Source of the DNA: Lama guanicoe
Taxonomy: Eukaryota
Length of the DNA: 64,000 nt
Reading direction: 5' to 3'
Assembly: GCA_013239625.1 (NCBI GenBank)
Contig: MU053431.1
Location: 434,001 to 498,000, forward strand
How positions within the stretch are numbered: the first letter of the stretch is position 1; each line of letters begins with the position of its first letter. Positions 11,788 to 24,460 of this stretch are shown here, in pieces. The position numbers were made by a program, and so were the translations under genes. The notes beneath the pieces were generated by a model that worked only from the letters and a program-made list of their open reading frames with translations, was not told where the DNA came from and did no database searches.

Positions 11788-12949
11788 CCCCCGTCCTCTC
11801 ATTTCATGCCTGGGGCAGAGAAGGTGCAGAGGGGTTAAGTGCCTTTTCGAAGGTGTCACAGCTCCTTGGTGGCCGACCTGCACAAGGTCCCTCAGCCCTG
11901 CCATCCGCGTGGGCAAGTGGCTGTCAGCTGCGCTCTCAAGTGCAGGGTTTCTGCAGCAGCGTGTTAGGGGCAGGGCTTTCAGCACGGTCCGTCCTTCTCA
12001 CCCAGGTGAGAACTTAAACACACAGGGCAGGACGCCGCCTCCACCAGGAGGCCCCCCGGGCGATCCGGGCTGCGGCTGTCTGAGAGTCCCTGAGCCCTTC
12101 CCACCAGCTCATCTTCTCACTGAAGGAGCAAGGAGGAACATTCAAAGGCCTGACGTCAGGGTCCTGAAACTCTCGCCAGCCTGGGTCGTGTGGCTGTGGA
12201 CCCCTGCACCCCTGTGATGCTGAACATGAAAACCCTGGTAATTTGTAAACGGTCAGCCTTAATACAGGATCTCCGCGTTAATGGGACTGTGTGGACTGGG
12301 CGTCGTCCGGAGAGAAGGCCAGTGGGGGCCAGGGAGGCGGTGAAGACCAGCGTCCTCGGGGCCGTCACTGTCCAGCTGGTCGTTGAATTGGAAACACAGC
12401 AGCTCCTGGCCGGGACCGCAGCCCAGACACGTGCCGCCCAGCCGTCGAGCTGGCCGACTGACAGTGTGGCTGCGAGGGCAAACCCGCGGTTCGCTGCCCT
12501 GTGAGAGGCGGGAGACGTGAGCGGGCACGGTGCACCCCTGCCGCCTGCCCCCCGGCCCCTGCCCTGCTTCCTCCGGTGACGGCGCTGGGCCCCTCACTGG
12601 GCGGGCACGGGGCAGGTCACCACGCGGTGCTGAGGACGGCCCCCTGGGCACACGCCTGTTTATTAAGGACCCGAAGGAGGCTCTGATTGTGGAAACGCCA
12701 TCCGGAACTTGATACAGACTCACTTTTTTCTGAGTTTAGCTTAGCGTGTGGATGGGAACCAAGAGCCTGAGACTTTCTCTTCGTACTAACAGTCCAGAAA
12801 TACAGGCCAAAAGGGCTGTAACTTGTTATTCGAAAATACGAAATCTCAAAATAGATATACGTAAACTAGGAGGGAGAACACACAGGACCCCCAAGCACCC
12901 CCTGCACAAGGAGAAGGGCCGCCCACTGGCCGGGACGCTGGCTCCGCCG

Positions 12950-13300
12950 GCTCCGCCGGGAGACCTCTGGCCCCCGTGCATTTCTGTGTACGTGTACCCG
13001 TGTGTCCCTGGGGAAACACATCATTCCGCACGCTCGGTGCTGTACATAAACGTCATGCTGCACAAAAAGTCACAGCTGCTTTTCTCTCCTAACGTCCCGT
13101 TTGTGAGCGTCACCCACGCTGACACTTGCAGCTCAAGTTTCATGAACTTCCTGTGCCGTCCGGTGTCCCACTGTTTGCCTCCATCACAGTGTACACTGCG
13201 TCTTCTAGTGCACACTTAGGTTGCTTCCTTTTCTCCCTGTTACAGACGTCACTGCTAGGAACATTCCAGAGCTGGTCTCCTGGCGTGCCTGTGAGAGCCC
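12950..13300 (-). mobile_element. Old L1 (L1ME-like) 3' fragment
   Basis: cacttaggttgcttccttttctccctgttacagacgtcactgctaggaacatt...tctcctggcgtgc resembles the antisense L1ME 3' region. Confidence 0.6.
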
Positions 13301-13539
13301 CCAGGGCAGACCCCTCGTGTTGTTTTATCTCTTGTTGGAATCGCCGTGCAGCATCAGCCTGACTGAGTGTTCCCAAGCTGTCATGCACAGCCGTCACACC
13401 CATTTGGAAAGTTTACTTTTATTAAGTTCGGTGGGTGACTCTCACGTTCCCCGGTTTTGTGTCCACTGGATGGTGGCTGAGAGAGGGAGGCATGGGTGTC
13501 AGGTGCCCGGATCTAGTCTTGATTCTTCTGTTCAGTTGC

Positions 13540-13965
13540 TGTGGTCAGTGGAACAGCCTCCTAGAGATGCCCACACAGCCCCCACCACCACCGGGACTGT
13601 GCTGGGCTGCTTGGCCGAAGGGAGTAAATGGCAGATGGAAATGAGGCTGACCTTAGGAGAGGGCAATAACCCTGGTTCTCCAGGTGAGCCCAGTGGAGTC
13701 GCAGGTCCAAAAGGAGAAGGAGGCGAAAGAAAAGTCAGAGTCATTGCTAAGCACCGGGCGCTCTGAAGGTGGCGGGAGGGGCCGTGAGCACCTGGAAAGA
13801 GCAGAGACATGGACTGTCCCCTAGAACCTCTAGAAGGAACACAGCCAGCGGTCCCTTGACTTTATCCCTGGGAAACCCACGCAGGACGTCCACGAGGCAG
13901 CCGTGCTGTGTTGTTTAAGCCACCACGTTCCTGGTCACCTGTTACAGCAGCCACAGGCAGTCAGC
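13540..13965 (+). mobile_element. MaLR solo LTR (MLT1D-like)
   Basis: Starts tgtgg, contains cccctagaacctctagaaggaacacagcc, and ends tgtgttgtttaagccacca...tgttacagcagccacagg. Confidence 0.85.
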
Positions 13966-14299
13966 GCTCTGTCCCAGGACGTGGTGGGACGGCGCTGACA
14001 ACCAGGCCCACCGCGTGGGATCACTGACGTGGTGAGGTCGGATGGCCTGCGGAGCCTCTCGGGCCCTGTCAGGTGGTGGGACTTGTCACCATCACTGGCA
14101 GCACCGCGGGGTGGCTTTATCTCAGTGACGCGCACATGGCAGCTCCTGTCTGTCTGTCCTGTCTTCCGGCGGACAGCCCACAACCAGGGTTGTGCACCGT
14201 GCCCCACCCCACCCCCCTGCACTCTTTCCCAGGCCTGGGGCAGAGGGAGGGGCCACTGTTTAGGGCCCCCTACCCCTAGCCCGTTCTGTCCTTTTCACG

Positions 14300-14680
14300 A
14301 GGTCCGTTACAAGCCGGCGGGGTCTGCCCCGCGTGCGGGGGACGCCTTGTGAAGGTGCGTGGCGCCGGGACGCCTGGGGCGTGGGAGGAGGGCGGAGGCG
14401 TTACGAGCACGCGCAGTGCGGGAGCGCCCGGACGAACCGGGACCCACGACGCCCCATGCTTCCTGGTCGCCGTGTTTCAGGACTTTGAGGAAAGAAGGAG
14501 AAATGTCGTCAAATCAGCCGGCGGCCGGAAGGCCGGGGCAGCGGCTCACTGTGTGAGAGCCCTCGGGGAGCGGACAGGTGGGGACTCACCCTGCTTCGGG
14601 GCCTCCCACACATGGGAGCCCCCTGGGCACCGCGAGGAGGGGGCCTGACCGCCACCCCCACCCCGTTGCTGGTCGCCGGA
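14300..14680. promoter_or_regulatory. CpG-island-like block
   Basis: Dense CpG and a GGGCGG GC box near 14390. No repeat similarity recognised. Confidence 0.4.
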
Positions 14681-15788
14681 GTCTAACAGGAATGCAGGCT
14701 GTTCCTTGAGTGAGGATTGGAAATTATTCTTGATTATAGACAGGTTTTTTATGGTGTGTGGATTTCACCAAGGATTGAACATGGCGCGAGTCTATACCTT
14801 CGGTCACGTTATAACCTGTGCTTTCCCGTCACCCGTGGATCACCTTCTCCCTGTGCGCACAGCGCCTCCACCGCCGGCCCCATTCCGCTCAGTTCCCCCA
14901 GGGGGCTGGCGGCGGCTTCGTCCCCAGCGGCTGCAGACGTGGTGGCGTCCATCCTCCCTTCTCCTTGGCTTCATTTCAGAGCCATCAAATCCCTGCAGCT
15001 AGCATGCTGGAATATTCATGTTCTAGATAGGGTAGATTACAAACATTATTGACCAAAAGCCAGTTCATCATCTCTCAATCAATTTCAGCAACTTCATAAA
15101 AGACATGTGAGCAGGAGGCTGTTCTCGAAGGTGAGCTCAGTTTGGCCAGCTATTTCCCCACCCCCCAAATTCTAAAAGTATATGTGCTTTTTGTTTAGAA
15201 AACTGGTCAGTAAACACTCATCCTGGCAAAAGAAAATGCGTGCTACATAATTCATCAAGCCCCACCGGCTTTCTGCAGCCCCACCCTTCAGAAGCGTGTT
15301 AACATGCAGAGCAAACGAGTTTCAGCGTAATTAAGGAAACAGATTGTGGCGACTGCGGGTCCCGATCGCCAGACTTCTCGCTAGTCTTCTCTTGTCCCTT
15401 CTGGTTGTTTTCTCTGTGCGTGTCACGCTGAGGGTGGCGAGGAGAGGAAGGGAGGGGACGGCATGGAGAGACCCTCCCACATACACAAGAATCCGGCACT
15501 TGGAGAAGCTGACGGCTTCCAAACCGGCCTGGCGGGGCTTTGGCTTCCTTCTGCCTCTGGGAGGGACATTCACCGGTGTTTCCTTCTTTCGCCTTTTTCT
15601 TTCTTTCTGGCTGGTTTGTTTGCGGTTCTGGTACTTCACGCAGTCAACAGACCAACGTCCAGAAAACAAAGAAGCCAGCGTGTGAGCCCTCAGGAGCGTC
15701 CAGCCTTGGCTGGGTCCTTGCTTTGTGTGCTGGGCGTTGTGAAGTGAAGACCTAGTGTGTCGGTGGCCTCGGTGCCGGTCTCGGAGGT

Positions 15789-16133
15789 TGCTGTGGTCTG
15801 ACTGTGTGTGTCACCCCCAGGTTCATGCTGCATCCCTAACTCCGAGATGTGACCGTGCTAGTAGGTTGGGTTGGGGAGGTTCTCAGGCCATGAGGATGGA
15901 GCCGTCCTGAACATGTTAAGTGTCCTTATAAAAGAGACCCCAAAGAGCCCTCATCCCGTCTCCCACGTGAGGACCCAAGGACGAGGGAGCAGACCCGGGA
16001 GGCGGCTCCCACCCGACCACGCTGGCACCCTGGCCGTGGACGTCCAGCCTCCAGGGCTGTGGGAGAGCATCTGTGCTGCTGATAAGCTATCCAGTCTGCA
16101 GTATTTCGTTTCGCAGCCCCATGGACAAAGACA
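15789..16133 (+). mobile_element. MaLR solo LTR (MLT1A-like)
   Basis: tgctgtggtctga...gtgtccttataaaagagacccc...ggcaccctg...ccagcctccagggctgtg...ataagctatccagtct...aagaca. Confidence 0.9.
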
Positions 16134-16229
16134 GTTACTAATGTAACTGAACCTCGATTCACATGTAGGCACCCCGGTGCTGCTGCAGAAGACGGTGCCT
16201 CCTGTCTTCTGGAAAATAAGAAGCACGTG

Positions 16230-16520
16230 TGAAGAGTCACACGCGGGATGGTCAGTGCAGCATTTGGGGGAAAGACACAAACTGGAGATAACTGAGTATC
16301 CGTCAGTGTGAATCTATGTATGAATATAGGTGGTGTGTCGCTGTTGGTGGAATAACATGTAGCCGCTAAAATGAACAAACCAGAGCTGCCAGTTTAATTG
16401 AGAAGTCTCAAAAACAGTGACGAGAGAGAGAGACAAGCTTTGAAAGGCTGTGCAAGACACAACTCACAATTCTTTCTTAAACATGAGATAATTGTGTTTA
16501 TAGAGACATATGTATAATTG
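16230..16520 (+). mobile_element. Old L1 (L1ME-like) 3' fragment
   Basis: aaactggagataactgagtatcc...ggaata...gccgctaaaatgaacaaaccagagct...tctcaaaaaca. Confidence 0.6.
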
Positions 16521-17282
16521 TATTTCTGTATGATTACTGGTCAGACACACATAGTAAAATTTCAAGAATACGGCCTAAAGGAAACCGCTCAACCTAGGGG
16601 AGCGGCTAGTAGAAGGAACCCATTTGCTAAGATGTCCTCGAAAAGGAATTCTTTTGCCTCTGTACCAGCCCGTTTCCTTACAAACATCGGAAGCAAAGTG
16701 GAAAATGTAGTATCTGCTCAATTTTGGTCTCAGGTCTGTGGGTCTTTTATCTTTATTTTCCATGCTTTTCTGTGTATTAATCCTTCGTATAAACAAGGGG
16801 CAAATTTTTGTCTAAGAAAGAAGGGTTCTGTGGCCTTTATATGAGTATTTGGAATAAAAATACAGAACTAGGCCAGCCTGGCCGACGGTGGATCAGTGCC
16901 CTTCAGCCTCCATCACAGTCTCGAGGTGATGGGAGCAGGGGAACATTTACACATTTTGTACATTTCATGTGGTTGTTTTATGATAATTCATAAAAATTAG
17001 TCGCTCTTCTTAATACTTCTCATCCGCGGACCCCTTCACTCACCAACCCCTCGCTCAGATCCCCACAGCGTACGGCCGAGCAGAGTCCTCCGGGGTGCCG
17101 TGCAGGCAGTTAGGGGGACTCGGACCTGGTTCTCGCCTTCCAAGCATGTCCCCGCGGGGTCGACGCACCTTGATAAACGGATGAACACGCTGCGGAGAAA
17201 ACAGACCGGTCTCCCTTCAGGCCTAGATCTCTCCGTGTGGTCCCCCAGGCTCTGCGGCTCACTCAGGGCACGTGGGCACCGC

Positions 17283-17600
17283 CTTAGTTGTCTGTTGCTG
17301 TGTAACAACAGTCCCCAGTCGTAGTGGCTTGGCAACAAGCATCAGAGCTCTTGCAGCGTCTGTGAGTCGGGGATTACTGAGTGGCTGACTGGGGGGTTCG
17401 GGCTCTGGGGCCGTGGTGAGGCCGCCCTCGGCCGGAGGCTGGGCTGGGGACGAGACTCTGCCCCAGGCCGCCCTCACCACCCTTGGGCCGCAGCCGTGGG
17501 CCTAAGGTTGGACAGACAAGGCTCTCCTGCGCCCTCAGCATAACTGAGCGAGGCTGGCGTTAGCCGAAGAGCACGACACAGGCCTAAAACGCTTTTAAGG
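17283..17600 (-). mobile_element. MaLR LTR (MLT1F/G/H-like)
   Basis: Starts ttagttgtctgttgctgtgtaacaa...tagtggctt...aacaa, the antisense MLT1 3' end. Confidence 0.75.
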
Positions 17601-19718
17601 AAACGATCACAGAAACTCAGCACTTCTGAAACCCGGACTGAGGGGGCTTCCACGCTGACCTCCTCTCCCCCTCCAGCAGGCTGCGGGGAACACCCGGCCA
17701 GCGTCCTTCCTTATCGGCTCCCCGCCGCGATGGGAAGATGCCAGCATACTGCCTACTCCCCACTCAGATCTCGTTGGTGACCCAGACCCCGTCGGTCTCG
17801 CTGTTGTCTTATTGGGGCCACTCAGTCGACGGCGACGTGAAAGGCCTCGCTCGGTCTTCTCACACATCGCCGTCCAGGGCTCGGCCCGTCGCCGACCAGA
17901 CACACTACTCGTGCTGCCCCGAGAGCTGGGGCGTCCCTCCGCGCTGGCTCTCGGTCTCCACCGGCGTGACGTTTGGAGACGGGAGACTCCCCCCACCCAC
18001 AAATGGGCGGCCAGGGACGCCGGGGAGCCTGGGCGTGGGAGGCCTTAGACTCAGCCGTGGATGGGGCTTCAGCCCCGACATTGTGGCCTGGAGTCTGCGG
18101 TTGTGTCTGCTGGGAGTGGGCACAGGGAGGCATTGAGTGGGCCCCGTGTTTGAAGAAAGGGAGCCCTGGAGGGTGGGCCCTTGGGCCTCGCAGGACTTGG
18201 GTGCACTGAGGGGCTTCACTGGGTGACCCTGCGCCCTGAGCATAGATGTGCGTAGACGCGTCAGAGCCCGTGGCGGGGCTGGGGAGTGGTCCTGGGCTCC
18301 TTCATGTAGAGGGCTGCCTGCAGCCCAGCAGCATCTCCTTGGGGCCCTCCACGTGGCTCGTCTGACCCCAGTGGCCTCCTGCCCGCCTCCCCGCTCTCGG
18401 GGCCTGGTTCTCCAGCCACAGGGCATTTGCATCCGCCTTTCTCTTTGTCTGGGGCACCTTCCCACTTCCCCACCCACGTCACCTGGCTAACAGCCAGGGA
18501 ACCTTTAGACCGGTGTTTCTCGGCCAAGGGTCGTTTTTGCCCCTGGAAGGCAGCTGGCGACGTCTGGAGAGGCTTCTGTTGGCCGCAGCAGGCAGAGGGT
18601 GCGGCCGGTCCCCGTGGGGAGAAGCAGGCTTGCGGCACGTCGTCCTGCAGCGCTTGGGACGGCCCGGCCCTCGCACCAGTAGGGCCAAAGAAGGGAAACC
18701 GAGTTAGGCCTCGGCTCCAAAGTCCCTTCCTCCCAGAAACTGTTTCTGACCTTTCTGACCAGTAAATCCTCTTTCTGTGGCCCTGGAACCCGCTCCCTGG
18801 GGACATCTGTAGTGGTCGTAATGCTCCTTCCACGTGCGTGACTGTGTGATTAGCGTCTCTCGCCCCACCGCGGTCCCACGGGGCCGGGCGCGGGGGCTTC
18901 CTCCCGCCGCACGCAGGGCGCCTGGCCCTGCGGCCCAGGCTCAGGGAGTATCTGCTGAGAGAAGGAATTGACAGACAGGACTCTAGGTTCTGTGGACTTC
19001 TGTGGGAGCCAATATAGCCACTCCGACTCGGGGATCACGGGACGTGTTTTCAATCAAAACGTGCTTTATGGCTGCCCAGAGAGGAGCGGAGCCTGGAGTT
19101 TGTGCGGATGGTGCCTTGTGAGGCTGGAGAGTGAAGGTGCTGAAGAAGAGGAGGGTGTCGTACGGAACGCGGGGCTGGAGTCCTCGGACGGATGGCAGAG
19201 AGGGGCCCTGGGTAGCCCCCCGTGTCTGGGCTCTTGTGAGACTGAAATGAATTCTTGTCACAGAATCCCACTGAAGGTGAGGGGGAAGCAGCTCCCTCAG
19301 CGCGGGGCCGCCCCCTCCTCACCGGGCACAGACGTGCACGACGCCAGGGAAGCGTCACCAAGGTCCTCCATGGTTTTTGAGAGCCTAATAAAAGCTGTTA
19401 TCTGTTCCAAAGAGGGTCATTAGAGGGAGCAGCAGCAGATCGGAGAACGAGTAGTCAATTACAGCAATTACCGGCTCGTCCATGACCTCCCCGGGTAGAC
19501 GAAAGGATGCTGTTCTGCCTGCAGGAGGCTCTGTCAACGATGACCATACTGACGTCCTTCGTTGTGACTCACCTCTGCTCGGTACCTGAGGACAGAGTTA
19601 ACCCACAATGTGGTCCAGAATGAAAACATGAAACGCCAGGCGCTTCACCCAGTTCTCAGTATCCGCTGGAAACGTGCTCAGCCATGAGTAAAGAAGGCCT
19701 GTGAGCAGTGGGCAACAC

Positions 19719-19910
19719 AGCCAGGACACGGCCAGCACACGGCCAGCACATGGCCAGCACACGGCCAACATACAGTCAGCACACAGCCAGCACACGACCA
19801 GCACACGGCCAGCACACGGCCAGCACATGGCCAGCACATGGCCAACATACAGTCAGCACACAGCCAGCACACGACCAGCACACCGCCAGCACACGGTCAA
19901 TACACGGTCA
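19719..19910. repeat. Minisatellite with 11-bp unit GGCCAGCACAC, ~17.5 copies, and a 77-bp higher-order repeat
   Basis: Parsed unit by unit. 19730-19806 and 19807-19883 differ at one base. Confidence 0.97.
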
Positions 19911-20039
19911 GGGCCTTGCTGTCTCGCGCTGTAAGTTGTCAAGAGGTGGCTGGCTGTCAGGTTAAGCTCGCTGGCTTACCGATGCTACCAGATCCCTTTA
20001 CTACCCTCCTTGTGCACTGACTTCTGTCACATCTGTTGA

Positions 20040-20260
20040 ACATCGTCACAAGATGGCTGCCATCACCCCACCCATCAAATCCGTGTTAGTGGGAAAGAGG
20101 GAAATACCAAGAAACTTTCTTGCTTCTTTTAGAGAAGTCAAAAACTCTCCTGGAAACGCCCTAGCAAACTTCTGCCTTCCTCTTGCTTGTCAGAACTTTG
20201 TCTTGTGGTCAGCCCTTGATGTAGGGGGTGAGAAGATAAATATTTAATTTCCAAGTCTTC
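20040..20260 (-). mobile_element. Old MaLR LTR fragment (MLT1J/K-like)
   Basis: cacaagatggctgcc...cagaactt...gtc...ccct pattern. Confidence 0.6.
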
Positions 20261-20429
20261 GTGGCGTAAGGAGAGGAGGGAGATGGAGACGACTGTTTTA
20301 TTGGCCAAAGAACATTTTCTACGATACTAGCCAGCTCATTAATTCATCCATGTGCCTCTTCTGCCGTTTTTTTTTTGCAATTTTTACACTGTGTGGTCAT
20401 GGTAGCAGCCTTCATTTATGCATGCATAT

Positions 20430-20720
20430 GTTCTTTAATTCATATTACAGGCATTCACTGGGGGCTTCCTGCATTTCAAGCCCCATCCTGGGCAACGGGA
20501 CACCGCCACAAACAAGGCACAGTGTCTCCGGCTTGAACGTTGCAGTTGGTCACTGGCAAAGGCTCTCCCGGCCATTTACCAAGGTGATACGGCTGCGGAG
20601 GAGCAAGACAGGTGGTGGGGCTCCTGGAGGAGCAGGCAAACCTGGGTTGTATGTTAGATCTCTAAGCAGGTCAAGTCTAAGCTGAGACCTATGAAATGGT
20701 GGGTCAGTGGGACGCTGTGG
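20430..20720 (-). mobile_element. L2 fragment
   Basis: cattcactgggggcttcctgcatttcaagccccatcctgggcaacggga...aaacaag...ctaagctgagacct. Confidence 0.6.
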
Positions 20721-21094
20721 AGAGTTCCCTCTGCCTCAAGCGGCAGGGAGAGCGTAGGGGGACAAAAGAAAGTGGGATGATTTCCCAGGACTTGAAGACC
20801 AGCGCGACTGGCGACCAGAGCCTGAGAGCAGGAGCTGGTGCAGGGCGAGGCAGAGGTGAGAGCTGCAGGATGCTTTCCCTGTGCCACCTCCCCGACGTGA
20901 CATCCCTGCCAAGATTCAACTAAGAGGTGTGCCCCTTGGAGCATCTGAGTCCCCAGCACGTCCCCGGGGCGGGGCAGACTGTCGAGCACCGGCTGAACGA
21001 ATGAGAGAGTGAGTGCATGACACAGCTGAGTCCTTCAGTTCCCAGCGTGCTTCTGCATCTCCTGTTGGAGAGCAGCTGTGAGAACCAGGCTCCG

Positions 21095-21262
21095 TGTCAC
21101 CGGGGCCTCCGGAAGGAACCAGCCCAGCTGGCGCCGTGACTGGGACCCAGTGAGAGTGCTCTCTGACCTCTGACCTCCAGACTTGTCAGAGCATAAACTG
21201 GTGGTGGTTTGAGGTAGACAATGTAGGGTGACTTGTTACTGCAGCTGCAGGAGACTAGCACA
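21095..21262 (+). mobile_element. MaLR LTR 3' part (MLT1D-like)
   Basis: gcctccggaaggaac.cagccc...cccagtgaga...tgacctccaga...ttgttactgcagc...actagcaca. Confidence 0.8.
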
Positions 21263-21319
21263 GCGGGATGCTGACCTTGTTCTTTTCTGCCCAGGCTGCT
21301 GGGAGGCGCTGTGCTAACA

Positions 21320-21900
21320 TTGCTTTACTCTGCATTTCTGTCCTCACTCGAGGCCAAGCGCCTTTGTGCTGCGTGCTTATTAGACATCCCAGTTTTCTTG
21401 CCTGTGGATTCCGTGTTTAAATACTTGGCAGGCCTTTTTTGCCCTATCATTTTTTTAAATTATTCTTTTCTTCTTCTGAATATTCTGGATATCAGACATT
21501 GCCCCTGGTGCCTATTACAAATAACTTGCTCCCGATTTGTGCAATTGGCTTTCATCATTCAAATATTTAAAATCTTGTTGTAGTCAAATTTATTAATCTT
21601 TTTTTAATCAGAACTTTTTTTTCCTATCCCAGTGAGATAAAGATATTATCCTATATTTTCCTTTTAAACATTTGCTTTTCACATGTAGGCCTCTAATCCA
21701 TCTGGAATATATTTCTGTGTATGGTGTTATGTAGGAATCTAAATATATCTTTTTCCATATGTCCAGCCAGTTGACTCCACCCGGGTATTAAAGAGTCCGT
21801 CTCTTCCCACTGGTCTGAGACGCCCCTTCTCTCACACACGAATCTCCTGCAGCTGTGTGATTTCTGCTGAGGTCAGCCCTGCCTGCTTCTTCCTCACCAC
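21320..21900 (-). mobile_element. Old L1 (L1ME-like) ORF2 3' region
   Basis: atattctggatat, tgtagtcaaattta and ttttcacatgtaggcctctaatccatctggaat...tgtgtatggtgt are antisense L1 hallmarks. Confidence 0.85.
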
Positions 21901-22179
21901 TGTTGTATCCATCTTGGCCCTTTACTCTGTGACGTGACTCTCAGCATCGGCTGTCGAGCTCTGTTAACTTCTGAGGTTTCATTTGGGACTGCACTGGATC
22001 TGTGCGTTTATCCGGGCAGAATTTCCACCTTCCTTGTATTACCTCACTTGCTTTCCTTTTCCGTCTCCTTGGCTGGTTCCTTCTTATCTCCCTGCCCTGC
22101 CTCTGAGCCTCAGCAGGTCCCAAGCCCCCATGCTTAGAACAGGCATCTCTCTCTCTCCGGCAGAATCCCAGGCCAGCGA

Positions 22180-22365
22180 CTCCAGCATCCTTCTGAATCA
22201 CCTGGAGGCTTACTAAACACAGATCTCAGGGCCCAGGCCTGGAACTTCTAGTTCAGTAGCTGTAAAGTTCCCCAGGTATCTGGGGCTGGGCCCAAGAATG
22301 CGCCCCCTAAAGGGCTCCCAGGTGGCGCTGATGCTGCGGGTCCTGGGACCACGCATTTAGAACCT
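22180..22365. mobile_element. MER5A-like hAT-Charlie DNA transposon relic
   Basis: gaatcacctggaggcttactaaacacagat...ttcagtag...ctggggctgggcccaagaatg...ctcccaggtggcgctgatgctgcgggtcctgggaccac. Confidence 0.85.
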
Positions 22366-22499
22366 GACCTCGCTGAGTGTCTGTTAAAGATGCCATCTCA
22401 CACTGACTTTCAGCCTAGACTTCTGCCACCTCCTTCTCAGTTCCAGAATTTCCCGTGCAGCGGCCAGTGCAATCATCCAGTCATCACCCGAAGCTTGGA

Positions 22500-23346
22500 A
22501 GAGCCCACACCGGCACTCCTGATACCCCTCCTCCTACCCGACGTGCCCGGCCCAGGGTGTTGTCCACTTCCAGTGATGCAGCACACCCTCCTTCGGCGAT
22601 CCTGACCCAAGCCTGGAGGCATCCCGGGCCTCACTCACCCCTACTCCGTGTACGATTCATTAGCAGCTCCCGCTGGCTCTACCTTCAGAACATGTGCAGC
22701 GTTCGACCGGTTCTCGCCACCTTGGTCACAACTCCCTGGATGCCTGTCGTGGGGGTGGCAGCAGCAGCCTTCGACCTGGACCCGGTCTCCACCATGGCTC
22801 CCTTGTGGTTACTGACACAAGGAGCCAAATGAGCCAGTTAAACTTTTCGTTAGAGCATGCCACCTCTTTGTGTAAAAATCACCCAATGGGTTCTCGTCTC
22901 AGGAGCGATAAACGAAGTTCCTTACAACAGCCATCAGGAACCCCCAGCCTGCCTGCGCCGCACCTGCCTCGAATCTCACCCTTCCCCAAGACACACCTGC
23001 TCGTTACCTGCAGACGCCAAGCACACACCTTCTCATGGCATTCACATCACTGACCTTCTCCTGGGACCGTTTTCCCTGGATATTCTCCTCGCACACTCCC
23101 TCACCTCCCTGTCAGCTCTGCTCAGGTGTTGCATTTTCAGGATTCTTTATCGGAATGTCCTTCCAAGAATATTCTCCAACCCTCCATTCCAGGTCTCTTT
23201 TTCTTTGCTCCATCTTCCCTTCCATGCGGTTTATCCACGTCTGACATGCTGCACATTATGGAGTGGGCTCCGCTGGGCAGGAAGTTTGCTGGCCCTGTAG
23301 CACCTGGCCCCGAGTGCTGCTTAATACGTATTTGTTGAATGAATTA
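22500..23346 (+). mobile_element. L2 LINE 3' end
   Basis: ggctctaccttcagaacat and cactccctcacctcc, ending gcttaatacgtatttgttgaatgaat (the L2 terminal repeat). Confidence 0.85.
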
Positions 23347-23349
23347 AAA

Positions 23350-23950
23350 TGCTGAGTCGTTTGTCCCTGAACATGGTGCACCTGGTAGTATACTTGGGTC
23401 TTCTTTTATTTCTTTATTAAAATTTTATTATATTCTCTAGAAAGGACTTTATTTTTTGACAGCTTTATTCCTAACTGTCTTTTAGGAGTTTTGGCTCTGT
23501 GAGCACCATTTTATACGTGGTGTGGTGTGGTGATATTTCCTGCTGTTTAAGAATACAGCTTTTCATTTTTTTTAAACATTTTTTATTGATTTATAATCAT
23601 TTTACAATGTTGTGTCAAATTCCAGTGTAGAGCACAGTTTTTCAGTTACACACGAACATACGTATGTTCACTGTCACAGCTCGCTTTCTTGATTGTCCGT
23701 GTGTCTGCCTCCCTTGTTCACCTTGTTTATTAGTTCCTGTGGCTTCGCGTTGATTCTTTTGGCTTGCTCTTTGTGGACAAATCATACCATCTGCCATGAA
23801 TGACTGCCGACTTCTTGCTCTCCGGCTCCCTTCGTTTCTCTTTCTTCCCCTTGCCGTGCTGCACTGGCTCCGGCACCTGGTGTGATGCTGAGTGACGCAG
23901 TGACAATCAGCATCCTGGTTCCCGTCGGACTGTGAGGTGGGAACTAAGAC
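23350..23950 (-). mobile_element. Old L1M ORF2 fragment, interrupted by a young L1 tail
   Basis: tttattccta...ttttaggag, acaaatcataccatctgc and tgcactggct...catcctggtt are antisense L1 ORF2 remnants. Confidence 0.65.
23566..23678 (-). mobile_element. 5'-truncated young (camelid-type) L1 3' end
   Basis: The reverse complement matches ~28872-28982 (tgtgaca...aactgaaaaa.tgtgctctacactggaatttgacacaacattgtaaa). Confidence 0.92.
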
Positions 23951-24294
23951 CCAAGGCTCCGCGTCAGCCTGCCGCGCGCGAGGGCCAGGTGCCACAGGTT
24001 GCTTTCAGTGGTGGCTGGGCCCCGTCCACGCAGATATTTAATCAACAGGTTGGAGTAAGACTGGGCACCGATGGAGCTGGCGTTCAGAGCCCCTGCCCGA
24101 GGTGACAGAGCCTGCCACCACACGGGAGCCCCGAGCCCAGGGACGGAGCCTGTTCTCTGCTTTTACAGCATTCACGGGTTTCCTTTCTTATTTACAGGAT
24201 CAGCTGTGTGTTTAAAAGCACGCTTGTCGATTGTGTAGGAGAAGGATGTGAGACTATCTGCGCCGTCAGAAGCTCCAGATCAAAACAAAATCTC

Positions 24295-24460
24295 TTCTCT
24301 GCTCGTTAGAGTCACTCAGAACATTAAAAAAAAAAGAAAAAACCCTATGCCCAGTTCACTGTCCACATGGACTTGGAATCCTTGATGGTGGGGCCAGGGT
24401 CTCAGTGTTTCAGAAACGCCCCCAGGGACACCAGGTGTGGCCATGTTTGCAAACCAGAGG
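24295..24460. mobile_element. MER5-family DNA transposon fragment
   Basis: ttagagtcac...atgccc...gaatc...ggtggggccaggg...cccaggg...tttgcaaacca. Confidence 0.55.

Noticed and set aside
19598..20020. Cys/Trp-rich or His-rich repeat proteins
   Set aside because: These are translations of an 11-bp minisatellite. The unit is not a multiple of three, and the same peptides cycle through all frames.
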